From positions 1 to 45,231 of the forward strand of contig CAYQYB010000002.1 in NCBI GenBank assembly GCA_964421535.1: a stretch of 45,231 nt of DNA, in the 5' to 3' direction. Shown here in pieces: positions 1-7,862 of the stretch. This DNA is from an uncultured Verrucomicrobiota bacterium. Its GTDB lineage: Bacteria; Verrucomicrobiota; Kiritimatiellia; CAIQIC01; JAGNIJ01. Each line of letters opens with the position of its first letter. Within the stretch, counting starts at the first letter, position 1. Under the pieces are notes generated by a model that was given only the letters and a program-made list of their open reading frames with translations, searched no databases and was not told the DNA's origin. Both the position numbers and the translations under genes were made by a program.

Positions 1-2
1 TC

Positions 3-1547
3 CCGCCGGAGCCGAACGGCTACCTGCACATCGGGCACGCGAAGGCGATCTGCATCGATTTCGGCACGGCGCTGAAGTACGGCGGCGAGTGCCACCTGCG
101 CATGGACGACACGAACCCGACGAAGGAAGAGGTCGAGTACATCGAGTCCATCAAGGAGGACGTCCGCTGGCTGGGCTTCGACTGGGGCAAGCATTTCTAT
201 TTTGCGTCGGACTTCTTCGGCAAGATGTACGACTGCTGCGTTGAGCTGATCAAGAAGGGCAAGGCCTACGTCTGCGCGCTGAGCATGGACGAGTGGAAGG
301 ACTACCGCGGCTCGCCGCCGAACCCCGGCAAGGAGAGCCCGTACCGCAACCGGCCGGTCGAGGAAAGCCTGCGGCTGTTCGAGGAGATGCGCGCCGGGAA
401 GTACGCCGACGGCTCTCTCTGCGTCCGCGCGAAGATCGACATGGCGTCGTCGAACATCCACCTGCGCGACCCGGTGATCTACCGCATCCTGCACGCCGAG
501 CACCCGAACACCGGAAACAAGTGGTGCGTCTACCCGACGTACGATTTCGCCCACCCGCTCGAGGACGCCTACGAGGGCATCACGCATTCGATGTGCACGC
601 TGGAATTCGAGGTGCACCGACCGCTGTATGACTGGGTGATCGACAACCTCGACAACCTGCCGTCGCGGCCGCGGCAATACGAATTTGCGCGGCTGAACCT
701 CGGCTACACCGTGATGAGCAAGCGTCGGTTCATCGAACTGGTGGAAAAGAAGCTCGTGAACGGCTGGGACGACCCGCGCATGCCGACGATCGGCGGCATT
801 CGGCGCCGCGGCTACACGCCGGAGGCGATCCGCAATTTCTGCGAGACGATCGGCGTTACGAAATTCGAAAGCCTGACCGACGTGGCCCTGCTCGAGTTCT
901 GCGTCCGCGAGGACCTCAACAAGCGCGCGCTGCGGCGGATGGCCGTGCTCAAGCCGCTGAAGGTCGTCATCGAGAACGCATCGGAGATCCCGTCCGAGGT
1001 CGACGCGGTGAACAACCCCGAGGACGAGTCGGCCGGCACGCGCAAGATCCCGTTCTCCAGCGAGCTGTACATCGAGAGCGACGACTTCATGGATATCCCG
1101 CCGCCGAAATATTTCCGACTGTCGCCCGGCAAGTCGGTGCGCATCCGCTACGCTGGATTCCTGACCTGCCTGCGCAAGGAGAGCGACGCGATCGTCTGCA
1201 AGTGGTCGCCGCCGTCCGCCGAGCTGAAGGTGAAAGGGACGATCCACTGGGTATCCGCGAAGCACGCCGTCGCCGCCGAGGTGCGCCTGTACGACCGGCT
1301 GTTCACGGTCGAGAACCCGATGGCGATGGAAGGCCGCGACTACAAGGAGTTCCTGAACCCGCACTCGCTCGACATCGCCACCGCGCACGTCGAGCCGAGC
1401 CTGGCGGACGTCAACCCGCTGGCGCATTTCCAATTCGAGCGCATCGGCTACTTCAACGCCGACCCCGACTCCAAGCCCGGCAAGCCGGTGTTCAATCGCA
1501 CCGTCACGCTGAAGGATTCGTGGGCGAAGGAAGCGAAGAAGGGCTGA
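3..1547 (+). CDS. glnS: glutamine--tRNA ligase (GlnRS), 5' end truncated by window edge
   Basis: The frame is open from nt 3 (PPEPNGYLHIGHAKAICIDFG...), so the Met at 102 in the ORF track is internal and the gene continues upstream of the window. Class I aaRS HIGH motif (LHIGHAK) and KMSKS-type loop (VMSKRR). GlnRS-like core (YPTYDFAHPLEDAYEGITHSMCTLEF) and a C-terminal anticodon-binding part. Stop TGA 1545-1547. Confidence 0.93.
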   Translation, partial: PPEPNGYLHIGHAKAICIDFGTALKYGGECHLRMDDTNPTKEEVEYIESIKEDVRWLGFDWGKHFYFASDFFGKMYDCCVELIKKGKAYVCALSMDEWKDYRGSPPNPGKESPYRNRPVEESLRLFEEMRAGKYADGSLCVRAKIDMASSNIHLRDPVIYRILHAEHPNTGNKWCVYPTYDFAHPLEDAYEGITHSMCTLEFEVHRPLYDWVIDNLDNLPSRPRQYEFARLNLGYTVMSKRRFIELVEKKLVNGWDDPRMPTIGGIRRRGYTPEAIRNFCETIGVTKFESLTDVALLEFCVREDLNKRALRRMAVLKPLKVVIENASEIPSEVDAVNNPEDESAGTRKIPFSSELYIESDDFMDIPPPKYFRLSPGKSVRIRYAGFLTCLRKESDAIVCKWSPPSAELKVKGTIHWVSAKHAVAAEVRLYDRLFTVENPMAMEGRDYKEFLNPHSLDIATAHVEPSLADVNPLAHFQFERIGYFNADPDSKPGKPVFNRTVTLKDSWAKEAKKG

Positions 1548-1550
1548 CGG

Positions 1551-2267
1551 TCAAACACCTCCCACGATCACAAATCGCCCCGGCAGAATCCGTCGGATAC
1601 TCACACGCGTCATCCCCTGCGTGAGCCGTTCCAACTCCGGCCCGACGAAGCCGCGCCGGATCGAGAGCAGTCCGTCGTACCGGGCAAAGCTCCGGTGCAG
1701 GAACAGGCTCGCGAACGCGGCATAGCCCGCGTATGCCCACGGGCTCCGCGCGAGATCGCTGACGACGAAGCGCCGCCGCGCGGTCCGCGCCGCCAACGCG
1801 AGGAAGGCCGAGATCTTCCCGTCGGGCAGGTGATGCAGGAAGTGGTTGCAGAACACGTAATCCGCATCCGCGGTGTTCTCGAGAAGCTGGAAAGCGTCTC
1901 CGCAGACGACGGTCACCCCCTGCTCTCCCTCCGCCATCTTCCGCGCGTGTTCGGCGACGCGCGGATCGGCGTCGATCGCCGTCACGCGAAGACGAAGGCC
2001 CTTGCGTTGGGCCGCGCGGACGAGCCAGAGAGGAATGTCCGCGCCGCCGGCCCCCACGTCCACCAGGTGCCGCTCGCGCGACGGATCGGCGCGCATATCC
2101 TCGAGGACCCAGCGGGAGAGAATGGCGCGGTACCGGCTGAACAGGAGATTGGTCACCCGGAACTGGTCCACGGTGCGAAGCAGTTTGTTCGTATCGCACG
2201 CGGGATCGTCCATCAACTCGAGGGACGTCGAACGCTTTGTCATGTCGGGGATCATGGCGGATGTCAC
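1551..2267 (-). CDS. class I SAM-dependent methyltransferase (last gene of the PKS operon)
   Basis: 238-aa ORF with glycine-rich motif I (HLVDVGAGGADIP), acidic motif II (VTAIDAD) and FCNHFLHHL. The listed start is GTG at 2267 and overlaps the upstream stop as GTGA, which suggests translational coupling. In-frame ATGs at 2255 and 2243 are alternative starts. Confidence 0.8.
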   Translation of the reverse strand: MTSAMIPDMTKRSTSLELMDDPACDTNKLLRTVDQFRVTNLLFSRYRAILSRWVLEDMRADPSRERHLVDVGAGGADIPLWLVRAAQRKGLRLRVTAIDADPRVAEHARKMAEGEQGVTVVCGDAFQLLENTADADYVFCNHFLHHLPDGKISAFLALAARTARRRFVVSDLARSPWAYAGYAAFASLFLHRSFARYDGLLSIRRGFVGPELERLTQGMTRVSIRRILPGRFVIVGGV

Positions 2268-4264
2268 AGGTCATCCGAAACCGCGGCCACGCGCGTGGGA
2301 ACGCGCTCGAGCGTGTTGAAAGGAATGGTCAGCATGGCGAAGTACGCGGGCAGCATTTCGCGGAGCGGCGGGCGCAGGAGCAGGCGCCGGATGGCCCAGT
2401 CGCGCAGGCTCGTGGCCAACCGCCCGGTCCGCGTGCCCAGCCACATTCCACGCGCGGCGCGGGCGGATGCGGCGGCAAACGCCCGGCGGCGGAAGAAGTC
2501 GTAGTGAGAGAGAAGATCACCGGCCGCCGCGCCCTGCCGGCAGATCGCGACCAGCGCGTCAGCCAGGAACTCGGCGTCGGCGAACCCCGTGTTCATCCCC
2601 TGCCCGCCGATGGGGCTCATGACGTGGGCGGCGTCGCCGCAGCACACTACGCGGCCGCTGAAGTACCGGCGCGCAAGAACTCGCCTGACCCGGAACGGGC
2701 TCTGTGAGAGCCTCCGGCTTCCCGCCAGCTCGCGGCCGGAGCGTTCGCGGACGATCCTCTCGATGACACCATCGGGGGCATTCTCCATGAACGAGTCCGT
2801 GAGCACGATCCAGCGGCGGCGCCCGCCCGGGAGAGGGAACGATTCGACCGAGCCGCCCGGCGTGAAGAACAGATGCGCCTCGTCGGCGAGATCGCCGCGA
2901 TCCTCGAAGTCCGCCATCAGGAAATTGAGCCCGTAGTCCTTCGTGTCGACCGGGATTCCCGCAAGGTCCCGGACGAGGCTCCTGGCGCCGTCGCACGCGG
3001 CCAGGAACCGGGCGCGAACGGTTTCCTCGCCATTCGCGCTCTTCAGGGTCACGGCCACGTCGTTCGCCCCATCCTGCATGCCGGACACCTCGACGCCCCG
3101 GCGAAGTTCGACGGACGGGAACCGGCGAAGGCTTTCCTCCAGAAGGCCGATCGTCTCGCTCTGCGGCACGGAGAGAATGTACGCGTGATCGCCGGGCAGA
3201 TGACTGAAACTGACGCCACCCAGCATCCCGTCCCCGCCATGCACGACCGCTTTCCGGATCGTCACGCCGCGCCGCACGAGTTCGTGGTCCAGGCCGAGCG
3301 CCTTGAGGATCTTGAGCGACGGTGGCGTGACGCCGATCGCCATGGACAGGTCCGGCCGCTGGACGCGCTTCTCGACAACCAGCACTTTCAGGCCGTGCGA
3401 ACCAAGCAGGTTCGCCAGAAGCAGGCCGACGGGGCCCGCGCCCGCGACGACGACCTCCCAACCGCCGGCGGGGACCGGCTCGGACGGCCGACGCCGGAAC
3501 ACGCGATGCCCGGGTCCGCTGAGAACGATCCGCGCCAGCCTCGGGACCCAGTACGGAACAATGCCCTGGTACATGGCGAACGACTCGCCGTAGTGCTTGC
3601 GGTAACGCTGCTCCTTGAAGAGGGGGCCGACGATGCAATACGCGGTCCACGCGAGCGCAAGAATGAGCCGGTCAGGGGTCCAGACCGGACCCGTCCACAA
3701 CGTCAGCGCGAACGCGATGTACACGGGCTGGCGGACGTAGCGGTAAAGTCCACGCACCTCGAACGGCTGGTTCACGGGCCGGCGGCCGCGGAACACGGAC
3801 CACCAGCCGAGGCTGCCCATCTGAACGGAAAGGCCCGCGTCGTTCATGCCTTTGATCAGCAAGGCCCACGATGCGGCGTACGGAACGGTCCACGCGATCC
3901 AGCCCCATCCGCGCGGCTGGTACCAGAGAATCCCGGAGGGCGACCACAGGAGGAACACCACGAGCAACTGGAAGGAGGCGAACACGGCGAAGAGAGTCGT
4001 GCTCAAGTCGCGCCCCAACCCGAGCGGCGCACAGCGGCTCATCCATTTCCGCCCGAGAGGGCCGAGGAAGAAGGAGTGAAGAATCGGGAACTGCAGAACA
4101 AGCAGGGCGTTGACGAGGACCGCCGCGGCGCCGCGAAACGGACCGAGCCCGAGCGCCATGCCGGCGTACAGCCCGAACACCATCGCCCCGACGCCGGCGG
4201 CGAAGAGCGCGTGAGCAAGCACGCCGTACAGGAGAGCCACGGCCCGTTGTGTCCGCGTGTACAT
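2264..4264 (-). CDS. fusion protein: polytopic ICMT/PEMT-like membrane methyltransferase (N-terminal) + FAD-dependent aromatic monooxygenase (C-terminal)
   Basis: 666-aa ORF. The N-terminal ~250 aa has several hydrophobic helices and a YRYVRQPVYIAF...EQRYRKHYGESFAMY segment like the catalytic C-terminal region of ICMT/PEMT/NnrU-type enzymes. The C-terminal ~400 aa carries flavoprotein monooxygenase motifs of the UbiH/PHBH class: VVVAGAGPVGLLLANLLGSHGLKVLVVEKR (GxGxxG), CDGARSLVRD (DG motif) and GDAAHVMSPIGGQGMNTGFADA (GD motif). ATG 4264 lies 6 nt after the PKS stop. Confidence 0.82.
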   Translation of the reverse strand: MYTRTQRAVALLYGVLAHALFAAGVGAMVFGLYAGMALGLGPFRGAAAVLVNALLVLQFPILHSFFLGPLGRKWMSRCAPLGLGRDLSTTLFAVFASFQLLVVFLLWSPSGILWYQPRGWGWIAWTVPYAASWALLIKGMNDAGLSVQMGSLGWWSVFRGRRPVNQPFEVRGLYRYVRQPVYIAFALTLWTGPVWTPDRLILALAWTAYCIVGPLFKEQRYRKHYGESFAMYQGIVPYWVPRLARIVLSGPGHRVFRRRPSEPVPAGGWEVVVAGAGPVGLLLANLLGSHGLKVLVVEKRVQRPDLSMAIGVTPPSLKILKALGLDHELVRRGVTIRKAVVHGGDGMLGGVSFSHLPGDHAYILSVPQSETIGLLEESLRRFPSVELRRGVEVSGMQDGANDVAVTLKSANGEETVRARFLAACDGARSLVRDLAGIPVDTKDYGLNFLMADFEDRGDLADEAHLFFTPGGSVESFPLPGGRRRWIVLTDSFMENAPDGVIERIVRERSGRELAGSRRLSQSPFRVRRVLARRYFSGRVVCCGDAAHVMSPIGGQGMNTGFADAEFLADALVAICRQGAAAGDLLSHYDFFRRRAFAAASARAARGMWLGTRTGRLATSLRDWAIRRLLLRPPLREMLPAYFAMLTIPFNTLERVPTRVAAVSDDL

Positions 4265-4270
4265 GGCGAA

Positions 4271-5428
4271 TCAGCCCAACTCCGCCCGTTGCGGGGCCGT
4301 TTCACCGGCAGGCTGGACCCGCGCCGGAAGCGCGTGAAGCAGGCCGAGCTCGATGGTCAACCCGGGGCCGAACGCCATCGCGCACACGGACGTTTCCTTC
4401 CCGGCGGGCCGGTGCCTCAGGAAATCGGCGAGCACGAACAGGATGGTCGCGCTGCTCATATTTCCGAACCGTCCCAGAACGGAACGAGAGACATCGAGCG
4501 CGTCCTTCGGCAAACCGAGCCCCTTCTCGACCTTGTCCAGAATCGCCTTCCCGCCGGGGTGCACGGCCCAGAACTCGATATCCCGGCGGTCGAACCCGGC
4601 GCCGGCCAGAACCGGATCCACAAGCTCGGCAATGTTCGCGCCGATAATGTCAGGCACGTAGCTGCTGAGCACGATGTTGAACCCGTGGTTGCCGATCGAC
4701 CACGCCATGTCCTTCTCTCCGCCCACGGCGTGGCCGGTGGCGAATTGGCCCAGGCGGTACACGGACCGAGCGGCAAGGTTCTCCCGCGCGTGCACGATCG
4801 CACACGCCGCCCCGTCGGAGAACAGCGCGTTCGCCAGCACCGAATCCGCGCCGCCGTTGACTTGAAGATGCAGGCTGCAGAACTCGAGACACAGAACGAG
4901 CACGACGGCGCGCGGGTCCGCCTCGCAGAACTGCTGGGCCATTTTCAGCGCGGGAAACGCCGCGTAGCAGCCCATGAAGCCGAGGTGGAACCGCTGCGTG
5001 GAGGGGTTCAGGCCCAGGTCGGTGACCAGGTGGAAATCGAGGCCCGGGTTGCTGAATCCGGTGCAGGACGCCGTCACCACGTGCGTGATCTCCTCGCGGC
5101 GGATTTCGGGGCAGGCGGCGAGGGCGCGGCCCGCGACCCGGCCGGCCAGCACGCGGGACTCCCGCGCGAAGACATTGTTCCGCTCCTCCGTGCCGGGATT
5201 GGCCAGCCGCCCGGAGGCATCCGTCGGAAAAAGCTTCGCGTCCTCGGGATTCGCGAAATCCTCGCAGACGCTGTGCCGGTACTGGATGCCGGACTGCCTG
5301 TAGACGTGGTGAACGATCCGTCGATCGCGCTCGGACGCCGTCCAGGACTTCATCTGCTCGCGCGCGAAATCCTGCGAGTAGGCGTAATCCGGCACGCCGG
5401 TTTCCAAATGGAGTATGTGGGTTGACAT
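4271..5428 (-). CDS. type III polyketide synthase (chalcone synthase superfamily)
   Basis: 385-aa ORF. Active-site contexts: Cys (VVTASCTGFSNPG), His (FWAVHPGG), Asn (RFGNMSSATILF). GGAGGAG lies about 9 nt upstream of ATG 5428. The gene sits 31 nt downstream of the YceI gene stop on the same strand. Confidence 0.9.
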   Translation of the reverse strand: MSTHILHLETGVPDYAYSQDFAREQMKSWTASERDRRIVHHVYRQSGIQYRHSVCEDFANPEDAKLFPTDASGRLANPGTEERNNVFARESRVLAGRVAGRALAACPEIRREEITHVVTASCTGFSNPGLDFHLVTDLGLNPSTQRFHLGFMGCYAAFPALKMAQQFCEADPRAVVLVLCLEFCSLHLQVNGGADSVLANALFSDGAACAIVHARENLAARSVYRLGQFATGHAVGGEKDMAWSIGNHGFNIVLSSYVPDIIGANIAELVDPVLAGAGFDRRDIEFWAVHPGGKAILDKVEKGLGLPKDALDVSRSVLGRFGNMSSATILFVLADFLRHRPAGKETSVCAMAFGPGLTIELGLLHALPARVQPAGETAPQRAELG

Positions 5429-5459
5429 GGCGATCGACTCCTCCGCCGCAGGGCGCGGC

Positions 5460-6023
5460 CTACTCCTTCTTCAGGACAACGTGGGCCAGAACGTCCACGC
5501 GGTCGCTCACCTTCATCATACCCATCATGGACGGCGGTTTCACCCCATACTGGCCAAGGCTGACGGGAAATGCCATGTCGAACTCAACGCGCTTCTCGTC
5601 CTCCTGCCAGTTGGACACGTCCGCCTCGACCTGTGAATCCCTGGCGAGCAGGCTGAGTTTGAGAGGAAGCTTGGACGGTCCGGCGGCATTTCGAAAAGCG
5701 GCCGGAGCCGCGCGGGCCACGGCGCCACGGATGATGGGGAACTCGACCACCTTCAGGAGGGCGCGCATCTTGCGGTCGCGGGCGCCGTTGCCGGTGTTCA
5801 TCTGGTCCGCTGTCACGTTGACGTCCACGCTCCAGGTTTCCTCCCCGTTCTCCGCCTGCGCCACCGCAACCTCGAACGGCTGGCTGTGTACGGTTCCCCT
5901 GAAATCGTGCAGCGTGGAATGGCCCGTGAATTCGATGGAGCATTCGCCCGTGAGCGCGGCTCCCGCCCGCGCCGACAACGCAAAGGCCAGCCAAGCGGCT
6001 GCCTGTATTTGTGCGATTCTCAT
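5460..6023 (-). CDS. secreted YceI-like lipid/polyisoprenoid-binding protein
   Basis: 187-aa ORF with a signal peptide (MRIAQIQAAAWLAFALSARAGA). YceI-family hallmarks: FTGHSTLHDFRGT and MNTGNGARDRKMRALLKVVEFP. First gene of the PKS operon. Confidence 0.75.
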   Translation of the reverse strand: MRIAQIQAAAWLAFALSARAGAALTGECSIEFTGHSTLHDFRGTVHSQPFEVAVAQAENGEETWSVDVNVTADQMNTGNGARDRKMRALLKVVEFPIIRGAVARAAPAAFRNAAGPSKLPLKLSLLARDSQVEADVSNWQEDEKRVEFDMAFPVSLGQYGVKPPSMMGMMKVSDRVDVLAHVVLKKE

Positions 6024-6147
6024 ATCCCCCTGCCCTCCAAGAGCGGCGCGTCACTATACCACGGGGTTATCGCCTTTCAAGAGGTGCATCAATCCGCGTG
6101 CGCCGGCGCACGCGTTCTGGCAAGATCGGCGGGAGCGAGGAGGCACC

Positions 6148-6891
6148 ATGACACAATGGCATGACGACGATGGATTCTGGAACGCGTGGGCCCCGGTCAT
6201 GTTTCCCCCGGAGCGGTTCGAGAAGGCCGGGGCGGAGGTCGAGCAGATCCTCGCGCTTCTGAAACCCCGGCCCGGCGCGGCGATTCTGGATCTCTGCTGC
6301 GGCCCCGGCCGTCATTCCGTCGAACTCGCCCGCCGCGGATACAAGGTCACCGGCGTGGACCGCACGCGGTCGTACCTCGCGCGGGCGCGCCAGTCGGCGG
6401 CGAAGGCGAAGCGCGACGTCGAGTTCGTTCTGGCCGACATGCGACGCTTCCGCCGGCCGCGCGCGTTCGACGCGGTCGTCAACATGTTCACCGCGTTCGG
6501 CTATTTCAAGAAGCAGGCCGACGACATCCGCGTCCTGAAGAACGTGTACGCCTCGCTCAAGCCGGGCGGCGTGTTCCTGATGGACCTGATGGGCAAGGAG
6601 CGAATCGCAAGGATCTTCAACCCGCGCACGTGGCACCGCGAGCCGGACGGGACGATCATCCTGGAGGAGCGCTGGCTGGAAGACGACTTCGGCTGGATCG
6701 AAAACAAGTGGACGATGATCCGCAAGGGGCGCATGCGCACGCACGCCATCTCGCACCGGCTCTACTCCGCCGTCGAGCTGCGCACGCTGCTGAAGCAGGT
6801 CGGCTTCGCGCGGGTGAAGGCGTTCGGCAGCCTGGACAGGAAGCCTTACGACCACGATGCCCAGCGCTTGGTCCTCGTGGCGCGAAAGTGA
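6148..6891 (+). CDS. class I SAM-dependent methyltransferase
   Basis: I place the start at ATG 6148, with a GGAGCGAGGAGG purine run just upstream. The longer listed ORF (from 5422) would run antisense through the YceI gene. Motif I ILDLCCGPGRHSVELARRGYKVTGVDRT, then FVLADM, NMFTAFGYF and LKPGGVFLMD. Divergent from the PKS operon across a 124-bp spacer. Confidence 0.85.
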   Translation: MTQWHDDDGFWNAWAPVMFPPERFEKAGAEVEQILALLKPRPGAAILDLCCGPGRHSVELARRGYKVTGVDRTRSYLARARQSAAKAKRDVEFVLADMRRFRRPRAFDAVVNMFTAFGYFKKQADDIRVLKNVYASLKPGGVFLMDLMGKERIARIFNPRTWHREPDGTIILEERWLEDDFGWIENKWTMIRKGRMRTHAISHRLYSAVELRTLLKQVGFARVKAFGSLDRKPYDHDAQRLVLVARK

Positions 6892-6923
6892 CAGGCGCGC
6901 GTATCAACGCCGCCGGCATCGAT

Positions 6924-7703
6924 CTACTGAACGGGATACACCGTCAGCCCGACCCGGTAGTTCCCCCTGTGCGATCCGTAGTAGTCCATGCAGCGGATGG
7001 TGTAGATCCCCGTGGACGTGAGCCGGTTGGAGAGCACGGCGGTGTCGTCCGCGCAGGCGTAGGCGACCTGCGAGCCGTCCGGATCGTAGAGGGCGACGTG
7101 CGACATGAGAACGTTCGTCGCTTCGCTGCGGCCCATGGTGATTCGCGCGGCCTGGCCGCTGACGACGCAGAAGCGGGCGGTGTCCATGTCGGCCCAGTGC
7201 GTGAGGGTCGCGGCGCGCACCGCTCCGTTCGTGATGAGCCCCGCGTCCGGCACGCGCGCCGGCGCCCCCCGCCTCGCGCTCATCCACGCCAGCGACACGG
7301 CGTACGTGCCGGTGCGCGAGCCGTAGTACTCGGAGACCCGGAGGGTGTACGTCCCCGTTTTCGCCAGCCGCGGCTCCAGGATTCCCGTGGCATGGCCGTC
7401 GCCGCCGCACGCCTCCCCCACGATCGCCCCCGTCGGGTCCTGGAGCTCCAGCCTCGGCGCCAGGGGCGTTGAAATCGGCGTGACGCGGATGTTCACGACA
7501 TCGCCCGAGCTCGCCGCGAAACGTGCGGCATCAACCTCCAGCGGCTGGTTGATCACGCCCACCTTCGTTTCCCCGTCCGCCAGCCACCCCAGCTCCGGCT
7601 TTCCCGGCACGCGCACGGAAATCATCGTCAGCGCATGCGCGGCGGACGCGCCGACCAGCGCGCCGAACACAACCCCCATCACGGAACGGAGAGAGCGCTT
7701 CAT
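6924..7703 (-). CDS. secreted protein with two PPC-like (pre-peptidase C-terminal type) beta-sandwich domains, function unknown
   Basis: 259-aa ORF with a signal peptide (MKRSLRSVMGVVFGALVGASAAHA). Two homologous halves end in GTYTLRVSEYYGSRTGTYAVSL and GIYTIRCMDYYGSHRGNYRVGL. Confidence 0.6.
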   Translation of the reverse strand: MKRSLRSVMGVVFGALVGASAAHALTMISVRVPGKPELGWLADGETKVGVINQPLEVDAARFAASSGDVVNIRVTPISTPLAPRLELQDPTGAIVGEACGGDGHATGILEPRLAKTGTYTLRVSEYYGSRTGTYAVSLAWMSARRGAPARVPDAGLITNGAVRAATLTHWADMDTARFCVVSGQAARITMGRSEATNVLMSHVALYDPDGSQVAYACADDTAVLSNRLTSTGIYTIRCMDYYGSHRGNYRVGLTVYPVQ

Positions 7704-7722
7704 GGAAACAACCTTAATTAGC

Positions 7723-7774
7723 GTACTACAGTAATTGTACCGCGATGTCCAGCTTTATTTGTACTACAGTTAAT
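7723..7774. promoter_or_regulatory. direct repeat GTACTACAGT(T)AAT x2 in an AT-rich divergent promoter region
   Basis: GTACTACAGTAAT at 7723-7735 and GTACTACAGTTAAT at 7761-7774 (38-bp register), between the minus gene starting at 7703 and the kinase gene at 7863. Candidate operator or promoter elements; no known consensus assigned. Confidence 0.25.
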
Positions 7775-7862
7775 CAACGCAGCGCGGCGATATCTTCTGT
7801 TGCCGACGCCGACGGGTGCGGGTAGTCTTTCCGGCGGGTTGAAACAGAGGCGTTCCGACTGT

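Noticed and set aside
2559-5425. ORFs 2873..5425 (+, 850 aa) and 2559..3650 (-, 363 aa, alternative frame) across the PKS and fusion genes
   Set aside because: They are antisense or out of frame relative to ORFs with clear type III PKS and flavoprotein motifs. Their composition is typical of high-GC shadow ORFs.
5422-6147. N-terminal 242 codons of the listed 489-aa ORF 5422..6891
   Set aside because: This part runs antisense through the YceI gene and has no methyltransferase similarity. An internal ATG at 6148 with an upstream purine-rich RBS starts exactly where the methyltransferase homology begins.
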